From Camelus ferus (lineage: Eukaryota): 64,000 nt of DNA. The stretch lies in the NCBI RefSeq assembly GCF_009834535.1, contig NC_045697.1:93932001-93996000 (forward strand). The letters run 5' to 3'. Below the pieces are notes generated by a model. It searched no databases, was not told the origin of the DNA, and saw only the letters and a list, made by a program, of their open reading frames with translations. Made by a program: the position numbers and the translations under genes. Below, one piece after another: positions 51,837 through 64,000 of this stretch (the stretch's first letter is position 1; each line of letters starts with the position of its first letter).

Positions 51837-53479
51837 CCAAAAATAATATAAACTACCACTAGTGGAAATAGGACTTGGATAGAAGAAACAAAGAATAAAA
51901 TTGTTTGGAATATAATTCTTAAATTCAAGATGGGTGAGTTTTCAAAGTTAGGGTCAGAAGTATGTAATTTTTATGGAGATATGGGTAGGCTTATAATATT
52001 AAACTATTTTAAAATATGTTACCTTGAAGTGCTGCTGGCCTCTATTCTGCAGTGATCTGCAATGGTGCAAGACACATCCCAGCAGTTCAGAAAAAGTTTG
52101 CCAAGTGGACCAGGCATTAGGTAATGAGAGATAATACTAAGAGGCAAAGGCAACAGACGAAAAGAAAAACAAAAAATGACAGAGAGAGATGGAAAAGGAA
52201 GACAGGAGTAGGACAAAGAGAAGAGAAAATGAGATACTGAAAAAACAACTGGTGGAGGTCTTGGCATCATATATACTGTTCTGACTTGGCTGTACAATTT
52301 CTTCATGTATGAATATTGATATTCTTTGAACAATATATAAAAATGTAATATTACAAAGCCATCATAAAATATAACTAAATATTGTACACAATTTAACTGG
52401 GTTTGAAAGAATCAATAATTAAGATCATCTAAATTAATACATTGACTGTTTGGTAGCCTTTTTACTAAAGTTCACATAATGCCTTAAAATTTTCAATACA
52501 TCATGTTGTTACTTTTTTAGAAAATATTTAAATTTGCACATTAACCAAGTAAAAAAATGAATGTTACTATCAAGACTCAACAGACTATAATACTTTTCAT
52601 GTTTATAGTTCAGGCATGAAGTTAAGGAGTTATTACCCTATTTGAGAATTACTTTGTATCATAGAGCCAAATTATAAGGCATTCTGCCAGAGTAAGAAAA
52701 ATTCATAATGGTTTTTATGGGTAAAGTGGGTAAAAATAAGGGAAGCAAACATTTATAGTGAATGAATCCACACATTAATAACTTAGGCTGCCTTGTATGG
52801 ACCTGGTCTTTGTTTTGCTATTTATGTATACTTGAATTCCTAAAGTATTTATTTTATACCGTAAGCAATTAATTATATATTAATGACTAGTTACAAAAAG
52901 TGAAACCATCATAAATTGTAGGGAATTAGAAAGAACATTAAAATTATATATTCCAGTGGTACTAAAAATTTTATAGCCTCAACACTATTTATTCAGATGA
53001 TATCTGATGTGAAAACCTGATTATGGAAAACATAAAATGCTGGGTAAAATAATTTAATATGCTTTCAGATTTATAGGTCTAAAGAAAATTAACAGAGGCC
53101 AGGAAACATAATGGAATGTGGTTCTAGAAATTACTAAGCAATGAAGTTGCCAGATGCCACCACAGAAAAGAAAAAACCCAGGTATTAGATCTCTTTCATA
53201 TAAAAAGCACAAACTTGTAAAAGGTAGAGAGATGGATTGGAGAAAAGTGCACACAAAGCTAATCTTAGGATAAAATAAATGTGTGGGAAAAGGTAAGAAA
53301 GAAAGAAAACTGTAACAAAGAAAAGAAGAACATAAAGAAAATTCTAACCCTGCTTTGTTATTTGATTATGTTAAATAAATAATTAATTAATCTCTTTTGA
53401 CATGTAATTGGCACTTTAACAATGGTTCAGTAAAAGATTTGAGTCCAAATTTATGGTGCTAATTCAAGATTTTAAAATT

Positions 53480-54030
53480 TAAGAGGAACTGGGCTTGCAG
53501 TGCTCCTAGGAACCTGATAAGATCAAGTACAATTTCTTCTGGAAGAAAAGCCATGCAATTCAATTACCACAGATAGAATGACAAGAATGATGAACTCACA
53601 ATCCAAAATTACAAAACACGTAAGAAAAAACCTCCCATGAGTAAGAGTCATCTGTAATAACTAACAACAGAACCAACCCCAGAGGTAACTCCAAACTTAA
53701 ATATGTTGTTTAAAATGCAAAACTATTATATTTCTATGTTTAAAGAAATAAAGTAAGGAAAGCAAAGTATAAATTGAGAACTCTAAACTATTATAAATGG
53801 TTAGGAACCCTTGATATTTAATGAAATGGAAATTTTAGAAACAGTGCACAAACACATATGTACACAGACAAATTTTTAAGTAATGGTGATGTTAAACATT
53901 AGATAAGAGCTAAAACAGGAATTAATAAAATTAAAAGTGGGAATAAAGGAAGTATACACAATGCAGCAGAGAAATAACTTTATGAAAAATACATAATATA
54001 GAGTGAGATTAATAGAAAAAAAAAGAACAT
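53480..54030 (+). mobile_element. Old L1/HAL1 ORF1-region fragment
   Basis: 'actcacaatccaaaattacaaaacac...aactattatatttctatgtttaaagaaataaa...caatgcagcagagaaa'. Confidence 0.55.
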
Positions 54031-54407
54031 CCAAGGTCTATGGCACTAATATATTATATATTCATATATGTGATTTTAACTTATGAATGATGTTTTATTA
54101 TATTATAATATAATTAACATATTATATATTAACATACATGATTTTAATGTTATCGATTCCTATATACATATATGAATGAAGCTATCAGTGTGAACTTGTG
54201 AACTGTGAATGTCTAAACACACTAAATTCATAGAAGGAAGAGCATTCCTCATTTTGCAGATATCAAAGGCTGCTTTCCTCAAAGAGGTGGATACTTCATT
54301 CTGTGCATGGGGATCAGGTCAGGCATGATACAGGTTTTGAGACTCTCTAAGTTATTTCACTTGGGCTTTTCAGTATGCAACATTAAAGGGAGCTAAAAAC
54401 TCAAGCA

Positions 54408-54510
54408 TTATGGACTGAGTGTTTATGCCCCTCCCAAGTTCAATGTTGAATCCCCAAATCTCACTGTGACTATATTTGGAGATAGGAGCCTCTAAGGAAA
54501 TAATTAAGTA
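54408..54510 (+). mobile_element. MaLR LTR 5' fragment (MLT1A/B-like)
   Basis: 'tatggactgagtgtttatgcccctcccaagttcaatgttgaatcccc...tgtgactatatttggagatagg'. Confidence 0.75.
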
Positions 54511-54549
54511 ATTGAGCACAGAAGTAGACCTTCACTTCTATTGCCACTG

Positions 54550-57535
54550 GATAAAGGACATCAAAGCAATCCAATATTCAAAAAACGGTGCAGCAGCAAC
54601 TGGAAATCTAGGATGAAATACATTAACCTGACTCTTATTTCACAATATTCTAAAATTACTTCAAATGAATCATAAACCTAAATATAAAGTTAAACTATAA
54701 TGATTCTAGAAGGAAACATTTCAAAGTATATTTATGACATTGTGTTAGGCAAAGATTTATTAAATAGGACATGAAAAGTATAACCAGGAAAAAAATAAAT
54801 GACTTTATCAAAAGTATTAAAAATCTGCTTATTAAGAACACTGACTAACACATTAAAAAGGTGAGCCACAGAGTGAAAGAAAATAGCTGCAATTCAAATA
54901 CCTGCCAAGGATTTCATATTCAGAATATATAAATTGTACTAATAAGAAATGTAAAAAACCAATTAAAAATGAGCAAAAGATTTGAAAATTCTCCCCTAAA
55001 GTAGAATATTCAAATCAATTATAAGCTTATGAAAAGTTAAACATCATTACTCCTCAGGAAAATGCAAATTAAATCACAGTCAAAAACAACCAGACACTCA
55101 CCTAAATAGGAAAATCAAAACTATTTACCACTCCAAATATAAGTGTCATACATTCCTGGTATAAAATTCTAAAATAAATACTAAAGCCATAAACTACTAA
55201 AATACTGAAACCATACTGGCGTTATTCATTAGAGAAATGCAAATTAAAATCACAATGAAATACTATTATATAACAATTAGAATGTCTAAAGTTAAAAAGT
55301 CTGATCACACCAAGTTTTATCAAGAATGTGGTGCAACTAGAACTCTCAAATATTGTTAGAAATTTAAAATAGAACATTCACTTTGGAAAGCAATGTTTTT
55401 CATTTCTTAAGAAATATAACACAGTCATTTCACTATCATCTATTTACCTAGGGGAAATTAAAGCATAAATCTGCACAAATACTTGCATATGAATAAACAT
55501 AACAACCTTATACACTATAGCCAAAAACTAGAAACAACCTAAATGCCCATCAACAGTTAAATGGATACAAATTGTACTTCCTTGTAACAAAATGTTACTC
55601 AATAATGCAAAAAATTAACTATGGATACATGCATGGACATGGATGGATCTCAAAATAATTATACTGAGTAAAAGAAACAAGATTAAAAATTACATATTGT
55701 ATTACTCTATTTACATAAAATTTCTTAAAGATAAAATCTTTTGTATAATGAAGTGTGATGGGGTGGGGCAAGGGTGTCAGGGGATGAGATTGCAAAGGGA
55801 CAAGAAAAAATATTTTTGCAGGGAGAAAATATGATAGATATGTCTATTCTCTTGACTGTGGTTATGGCTTCATGGAGTATACATATGTCAAATCATTAAA
55901 TTATACATACTAAACATGAAGTTTATTGTATATAATTTTTTTTAAATTTGTTAAGCACACACATACACATTTGAAGTTTTTCAGAAGTTGTTACTAAAGT
56001 TAAAAATACATATACACCATGATCCAGCAATTCTACTTCTAAAGAAAGGAAGTTACATAAAATATTTAAAATACTTGTAAAACAAGGTTTAGAATCATGT
56101 TATTCATTGTAGCCCAAGTCTATGAACACCACAAATGCCCACAATGTGGAAAATGGAAAGAAAAAAAACAAAACAAAACAAAACAAAACTATTGGGTTAT
56201 ATTCCTCCAAAGCAGTAATAAAAAAAAGAGGCCAAATTACTGATACATGTTATAGCATTATGCAATAAAATAAATTTTCTGTCTTTATGTGGTTGGTTGA
56301 TACATACTACATATATGTAAAAATTCACATGTAATTATCAAACTGTAAATTTAAGAGTTCATTTCATGTATGAAATTATACATCAATAAAATACCCATAT
56401 GTATGTATGTCTCTGTAAGTTTATATATATAAGTGTATGGACCTTGTTTCCTATATATATAAAAATATAATAAATATACAGATAACCTGTATATATATGT
56501 GTATAGAAACAGATATGGGTAGGAATGAAAAAACTATGAAGGATAATATGAATTAAATTAAAACTGATACATATTTATAATAGTCAAAATAAAGAAGTTA
56601 CATAGTCATAGAAGGCTCAGTTTCACAGGAGGACATAACAATTCTACATTTGTAAACTAATAACATAGAATCTAATAATAATCAATTTAAACAAAAAGAA
56701 GAAAAATTAACAAATCAAAATTTAAAAATAGACAACCTCACGAAGTGTAAGATTATGTTAAAATCATCCAATTATAGGCATTAAATATACCAAGAAGATG
56801 TAATATCTGTACATTATCAATCTGTAATATATGGAAGATTTTAAGAAAACAATTAGCACACTTTATTCAATGTGTGTTTGTGTACTTTTTTCATATACCC
56901 AAATAGAAAATACAGCTGTACTATATAGTACATAATACATTAGAGAGAATCAATGAATTTCCATCCACTGGCCAAAGAAGAAATCAAAAGTGCTGATAAT
57001 ATCTACAAAAACTTGAGGAATGCACCTAAATTTAGAGATAGAAGGAAATTTATATAATATGCTTATATAAAATACATAAAATTTACAGTTAGAAAATTAG
57101 AAAGAAAACAAATTAGAAGAAATGCAAACAAAGCACAAAGAAGAATAGAATGAACATAAGAATGCTACTTAATGAGATAAAGAATAAAATAAAATATTTT
57201 AAAAATAAGATAATATACTAAAGAGATTCAGCAAGACAAAAAGTTGAACCATATTAAAAAATAATGAATTTGACAAATCTCTGACAATAACAATGAAGAG
57301 CCTAAAGAGAACACAGAAATACAGTGTCAAAAATTAAAATATAAATATAGCTATAGATATTGCAGACACTAAAAAGATGGAAAAAACTATAAAAATCTGT
57401 TGAAATTTTAAACAGAAAAATTTCTGATAAACTATAGATTTCTAAAAGTGACTCAAGAAAAAAAATAAAAATCTGAAAAGCATTAAATCATAAAAAATCA
57501 AATCAATAATTTTAATTTTTCACCCACCAAAAGAA
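54550..57535 (+). mobile_element. Mosaic of old L1 (L1ME-like) fragments: ORF2 C-terminus and 3' ends, then a decayed ORF2 5' piece at ~56500-57535
   Basis: 'taggcaaagattt..aaataggaca', 'gaaatgcaaattaaa' occurring twice, 'tagccaaaaactagaaacaacctaaatgcccatcaacag', 'atgatccagcaattctacttct' and 'tttgacaaatctctgacaa'. Confidence 0.75.
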
Positions 57536-60099
57536 AAAAGGTCTTGATGGGTGTATATGTATGTGTATGTACCTTGTTTCCTATATATATATAAATATAA
57601 CAAATATACAGATATATGTATGTATGTATATTACTTGTATAATTTACAAGTAAATTCAAGGAACTGGTCATTTCAATTTAGTATAGCATTTAAAAGTGGT
57701 CTGACCTTTTTGTTTTATATGAAGGATACTGAGATGTGTTTTTCAGAGGTAAAGAATTAAGATAGAACTGGATTCTAAATATCAATGAAGTCAACTGATT
57801 CTAAATAGAGTGCCTTTTAAAAATATTGCACCAAAAGTCTTTTGAATTAAGATATCTGACCCATACTTAGACTCTATGTTTCCTGGAAAAAAATAATAAG
57901 CTAACAGAAAGAGCATCTTTTCCCCAATAGAGAAAGGCTTGTGTGGTCGAATAAAGACAACTCCAGATCCATTCTCAACACCCAGCATACAGGAGAGTCA
58001 TCTCCATTATATAGAAAGTAAATGGTGAAACAGGATGCTAAAATACCACTTACAGACTTCAAACATCAAGAAAAAGGCATTATTAAGTATAACTACAAAT
58101 GTTTACTGCTAGAAAAATGGTGTAAAATGATTTTTAAAACTAAGTATTTATATTATTCTTATTTTTTCAAAACATTTACAAATAGGAACTCACATACAGA
58201 AGCCAAGTGGCATGACTTATGTAGCTAAAATGACAGAAAATAAAATATATGGAATTATGCATATTCTTATCTAAAATGAGAACATGAATAAAAATAAATT
58301 TTAATAAGAATTCCTCCACATTTCTCCAATGAAATATAATACAACTATAGCTTGAATCAATTATAGACTTCTAACTTATGTTAAAAACATTTTATTTAAT
58401 TATACTCTTTACACTATAAATAATCCAAGAAATACAGATCATGTGCTTTTTACAGCACTGCTTCAAGCTACAAGAAGGATTTTCATTTATCACTATTTAA
58501 ATATTCATTAATATTGCCTATGGAACAAGTAGATGGGAAAACAAATTACAGTTATTATTAAAATTTTATTGTGTATTGTTATTGATGGCCAATATTATGG
58601 AAATTATTTTTACACAAAAGTAAAACATTAAAGCATTTAATAAGGAAAAATTACCCTATTTAAAATACTTGGCATGTTGAAGATGCTTAGCAAATCTGCA
58701 GAGGAATTAAATGCATGTTTTATTTCAGATAATTAAAAGGCATGTATACTTATCTTCTAATTATGATTTGATACCCATATTTCAATTTGAAAGCTACTCT
58801 TTTTAAGTGGATTAAAAAAAGAAATGTTTTAAAGTGGTTAATGTATTGACTTAAAAGCTCTTACTTTATAATGTATTTAAGTTATGATCTGTTATTTAAA
58901 TAACAACCAAAAATACATGTATAACTAGATATAAACATGTGACAAAAGAGTAGTCAAACTTAGCTTTCCTATCATTTCAAAGTTTGCTATTTTATTATAA
59001 CAATAATCAGTACCACAACAGAAACAGCAGCATTTAATGGCACTATTAACTCAAGAACCTAAAACAGCAACTACATTAATTACATTCATTATACTTAATT
59101 GAACGTAATCATCTAACCTAACAATTCCTTGTACACTAATTAATAAGACAGCATGCCTTCTGGATCAGAAATGTATAAAAATAGTCTTTCTTTTTGAGTA
59201 GGTCATTTTTAGCAAAAATGTGTGAACCACAATTTACTGCAGACAGAAGATACTGAATTACATTTAATTTTAATGTAACTTAGTGTCATATTCTTACTGA
59301 TAATGACTTAAGAATCCCATGCCAGATTTTTTTTTAATGTAAACAAATGTTCCACAACAGTCCTTTAGGATTTTTACTGCTCTTGTTAGCACGTGATTTT
59401 AGAGACATCGTTACCCTCAGTAGTCATTCCAACCGTCATCTCTTTTATCAAATAGCCTATACAAACGCTTTCACCCCCATTCCAAGTACATGATTTTGTG
59501 TCTGACCTAAGGAAATATTTATTTCAATTCTGCCTCTACAAATAACAAGTTGAACTAAATATGCTTGTATTATCATAGTTTTACAGCTCTCTGAATGGAG
59601 AAATGTCCCTCCTCCTCCTCCAAGGTTTCTGTAACCAGTGCAACAACTCTTGTCAGTAAGGACACTGACACCTTCCTACTCCTTTCTTACCTTCTCTGCA
59701 ACCACTGACTGCAGTTTCCTTCTCAAACTCCCTCTTCTCGTTTCCCATCCTTCCTGGTTTCTTTTCCAACATCTCCTTCAACAAGATTTCTTTCCTATTC
59801 AGCATCAACTTTACCAACACCATTCATTTGCCCTTTTGGATATCCGTCTTTCCTTCCATCCTATAATTTCTCCCTTAATTTTTATATTACATCTTACTCA
59901 ACTCTATAGAATTTTTTAAAAAGGAAAACTATATGCCAAATCTCCCCAAATGACTTTATAATTTTTTCACCCACTGTACAGATCACAGATAATAATGACC
60001 AGGATAAAAACAACTTTCAAATGTCAACAAATGGTAAAGTACTACTATAATGAATAATTCTCAAATCAACTTAATATTTCAGTATTAATAATTTGCTTT

Positions 60100-60220
60100 A
60101 ATGGGAAAAAAATGTTGAGGATCAGATCATTTAAGTTGCTTAAGTTTTCACAGCTTGTAAACTGCAAAGCCATGACTGAAATCTTAGTCTGACTACAAAT
60201 AACATGTTTTTCTACCAAGG
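60100..60220 (-). mobile_element. MIR fragment
   Basis: 'ttgaggatcaga...ttcacagcttgtaaactgcaaagcc..gactgaaatc..agtctgact'. Confidence 0.55.
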
Positions 60221-60445
60221 CAGGTTGCTTCTCCACATTCAAATGACCAAGGGATGTCTTAGACGTCCAATAGGTAATATGAACCATCCAATTTCAAAAG
60301 TGATTCGATCATCACTACTCCTCCACCTTCTCAAAGAAATCCAAACTTCCTCCTCATGTCTTCTCTATCACAGTTAAATCACTGTATTTCACTGTCATTC
60401 AAGCCAAAACCAGTGAATTGTATGGACTCTTCTATATTCTGTATG

Positions 60446-60448
<3 letters not shown>

Positions 60449-60478
<30 letters not shown>
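60449..60478. repeat. (TA)15 microsatellite
   Basis: Direct inspection. Confidence 0.95.
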
Positions 60479-60482
<4 letters not shown>

Positions 60483-61035
60483 GTAGACAATTCCTATGAA
60501 TTCTATTTGTTCAACATTTTTTCAAGCATAATCTTTCTTTGACTGAGAAGAAGGCCATTTGATACTGCTCCATTTTAAGCTCTTATCATTTCTAGCCAGA
60601 AGCAGAGCAAACTACTTGTCTCTCTGCTTCCACACTGTCTTCCCTACAGTGTTTTTCACATAAGAGTGAATGATTTTTTTTCCATCAGAAACTAGATCTG
60701 GATACTTGCCTGCTTGAAACAATCCACTGTAATTGGAATCAAAGCTAAATTTCTTTAGATAGCCTGCAGAGGACTAAATGAAGTGGTCCTGGAACACCTC
60801 TCAACCTGTACTCCCCCCCAGCTCCCTGCATTCAGCTCCTCGGCTCTCTGTCTAATCTGCTGGCACAACAGTCAGCTTCAGGGCTTTCTACTTTCTTTAA
60901 GATGCTCACTTCATTGGCTCTTCTGTGCCATTTAGCTCACAAATTACATAATTCACCCATTATAATCTAAACTCTTCTCTAGTCATTTTCTATGAAAATG
61001 CTCTGATTAATTGTTTCAAAGCATTTTTTGCATTA

Positions 61036-61754
61036 CAGTTAGTCCCACCTCACCCTTAGTTTCACTTTCCCCATCAACCACGGACTGAAAATGCTAAATG
61101 AAAATTCCAGAAATAAATAATTCATAATTTCTAAATTGAGCACTGTTCTGAGGAAAGTGATGAAATCTCACTCTGTCCTTCTCCATCCACCCAGGTCGTG
61201 AATCATCCCTTTATCCAGCATATCACACCCTTTAGTCACTTGGTACCCAACTCGGTTATCAAATGGACTGTCCCCATATTGCAGTGCCTGTGTTCAAGTA
61301 ACCCTTATTTTACTTAATAATGGCCCCAGCACAGGAGTGGTGATGCTGGCTGGCAATTTGGATACGCCAAAGAGAAGCTGTAAACTGCTTCCTTTAAGTG
61401 AAAAGGTGAAAGTTTCTGACTTAATAAGGAAAGAAAAAAAAAAGGATGCTAAGGTTGCTGAGATCTATGGAAAGAATGAATCTACCATCCTTAAAATTGT
61501 GGAGGAAAAAGCAATCCACACTGGTTTTTGTGTCACACCTCAAACTACAAAGTTAGGGGCACAGTTGAGTGATAAGTAGTTACTTAAGATGGAAAAGGTG
61601 TTAAATTTGTACAAGATATTGTGAGAGAAATATCACATTCACATAACTTTTATTATAGTATATTGTTATAACTGTTCTACTTTATTAGTAGTTACGGTTG
61701 TTAATCTCTTACTGTGATTAATTTTTAAATTAAACATTACCAGAGGTGTGTATG

Positions 61755-61785
<31 letters not shown>

Positions 61786-61881
61786 GAAAAAACAGTATAT
61801 ATAGGATTTGTTACTGTCCTCAGGTTTAAGGCATCCATTGGGGGTCTTGGAATGTATCCCCTGTGAATAAAAAGGTATCTG
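61036..61881 (+). mobile_element. MER44 (Tigger7-derived TcMar) non-autonomous DNA transposon with a transposase N-terminal remnant
   Basis: TA|cagt start; 'gaaaattccagaaataaataattcataa', end 'ggggtcttggaatgtatcccc'; ORF 61337-61579 (PKRSCKLLPLSEKVKVSDLIRKEKK..VAEIYGKNESTI) is a CENP-B/pogo-type HTH. Confidence 0.88.
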
Positions 61882-62359
61882 AATCTGAAAACGCTGGCTC
61901 CATTTTTATTTACTTATTTATTATCTCCTCCTAATACAATGTTTATGCAAGCAGGTATCTTAATCATCACTCACTCTGAATTCCTAAAGCAGTATCTGAA
62001 GCTAAACAAAGTATTTATTCAAAATACTTTGTGTCACTTCAATTCGTAACATTAAAAATGGAAAATTTATGATTAGATCATTTAAGATATTAATTATTTC
62101 TAATATCCACAAAACATTTTATTGAACTATGCCTGTGACTTCAAAGTTACAATTCCCTCTGCCATTTCCCACTTCTTCACCTACCTAACCCATGGTCTTC
62201 ATTCCAGACAGTGTTCACGCATTACTTGATGTAAAAGAGTGTTACCTGGCTTAACCTAATCTAACATACATATTCTATGCTACAATATAGGAGGTCCTGT
62301 AGCACTCTCAAAGCACTTTTGTTACTTTTGGAATATAAATTAAAGTTAAGACACACATA

Positions 62360-62850
62360 GAAACTTCCATTTCCAGGAATATGGCTGAGAGGTAGCTTTG
62401 TTTATGGTCAATAGGAAACGGCTGGCTAGGTATTAGGACCCTCTTTCACCAAAAATCACTTAAAAATGAATTTAAAAGATGATAAAATACAATTTTCTGG
62501 CCCAAATCCAAGTGACAGTAAATGGTTTTGGAAAGCAGATCCAACCCAAAGAATTGATTATTCCTGAAGTTACATTTGCCATGAGGGCACTTCCTAACCC
62601 TGGGACCTTGAACTCCAGGTTTTTCTGCTGAGGCAGCACATCACCAGAAACCAAATGCAGGCTATGTTCCCCAGGGGCTGCAGAATGGAGATCTATTCAC
62701 CATAAATGTGGGATCCTGAAGGCACCCTTCAATGTAACGATACAGCAAATTCACCTGCCCCACCACTCACTGCCAGAAGCCTGCCAGGAACCGCACTACC
62801 TTCAGCAAGCCTGTAGGAGGAAGGACAAAGGTCCACAGACGCGTAAGCAA
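62360..62850 (+). mobile_element. Possible old L1 5' UTR fragment
   Basis: Begins 'acttccatttccaggaatatggc', resembling old L1 5' termini; the rest is weak. Confidence 0.35.
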
Positions 62851-62884
62851 CAGACCTAAACTGCTTAGGATTCATTATTTTAGC

Positions 62885-63080
62885 ATATTAATTTCACATT
62901 TGTGATACATTAGTAACTAAGGTTCACTGAGCAACCGCAGTTATCCTTCATTTAATAAACGGGAAATGTAAAGCAAGGCAGGATACAGTGCTTTGCTCAA
63001 TGTCACAAAGCTAGCAAATGGCAGAGCGGAATCTATCCAAGGCAGCAATCTTTCTAAACTATTAAACTGCCTCCCAGTTT
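62885..63080 (-). mobile_element. MIR SINE
   Basis: 'ttatccttcatttaataaacgggaaatgtaaagc...tttgctcaatgtcacaaagctagcaaatggcagagc'. Confidence 0.7.
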
Positions 63081-64000
63081 CATGTTGCTGCCACAAATGT
63101 CACTTGAAAATTCTGATTGCCAAAGTCATAACTCAAAAGGTTGTATTCCTACACTCCAGATTTTATGGAATGAAAATGTCATGGTGAGGGTGTATGTAAG
63201 TACTGAACTGCTTTCAGATTCCCATGGTGGTTTTCTGCTGCTAAATCCAAGTATCTACACATTTTATAGACAACATTCATAAAATATAATGTTTGAATTA
63301 GGATAATGGAATAAAGAAAAAGTTAAAGATAGAGGGCACATTATATTATTTCTGTATTTTCTATTTTATAGATACGGATGGTACCTAATAGCATACGTAA
63401 TAGATGTGTACATATATGTATATATGGTAAGATTTGTTGAGTTTCTTTATAAAACTTTAAAGGGCCCATTTCTTTTTTTATTCCATTTTTTCACTCCTAT
63501 ATCTGTTTTAAAGGAATCTATAATACCATGGGAACATTCCAACATGGACAAGTTCTTAAGAGGGAAACAAAAAAATTTCTCTTAAATGCAGAGACTAAAT
63601 AATAATATCACTCCTACTAACTAAAGGGTAAGGCCAAAATGGAAATCAAGTTAGAAGAGTCTGAAGTCAAATGAGAAATAAAATGAATTAAGACAGTTTA
63701 CTCAAAATGCTCGCTGTGGTTAATCTAAACAATCCTGGTCTAAAATTATGAATTAACTTAGATCCAACAGGAAGTAAAACACAGGCATAACAGAAGAGGG
63801 AAAATCTCTAACCCCTCTGAATTATAACCCAGCATTGTAACCTATCTGTTTGCAAAACCCAAATCAACCCTTCCCACTTAACGTGTTTTATTTGACCTGT
63901 CAGTAGTCCTTTGACCATTTGTAAATTAATCAGAAATTAAGGAATTGTCTCATATTCTGAAATACCTTACTCCTTCTGTAACAGACATTTTAGAGCAGGG

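Larger units (their letters stand above)
60225..62030 (+). mobile_element. L2 LINE, host of the MER44 insertion and a (TA)n tract
   Basis: 'cactgtcattcaagccaaaacc', 'tctctctgcttccacactg..ccctacag', 'aatcaaagctaaatt', tail-like 'ttcctaaagcagtatctga'. Confidence 0.6.

Overview
AT-rich, CpG-depleted mammalian genomic DNA, most likely a camelid (alpaca/llama/camel), judged from a Vic-1-like tRNA-derived SINE at 2287-2441 and camelid-type L1 3' ends. The window looks intronic or intergenic. A large fraction is interspersed repeat: old and young L1, L2, MIR, MaLR/ERVL LTRs, and MER5A, MER94 and MER44 DNA transposons, plus microsatellites. It also holds one 5S rRNA retropseudogene with a target-site duplication (TSD). 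I could not identify any host protein-coding exon. The supplied ORFs are short and are either repeat-derived or unrecognisable; the one identifiable product is a Tigger/MER44 transposase HTH remnant. I found no novel multi-gene system. The points worth a second look are insertion mechanics (a twin-primed inverted L1, a young L1 with a perfect TSD, a templated tail duplication, a 52-bp direct repeat around an old L1 piece), a CpG-undepleted patch at ~11.6-11.8 kb, and a few unverified exon candidates. Repeat subfamily names come from recalled consensus sequences, not from a search. Boundaries of old repeats are approximate.
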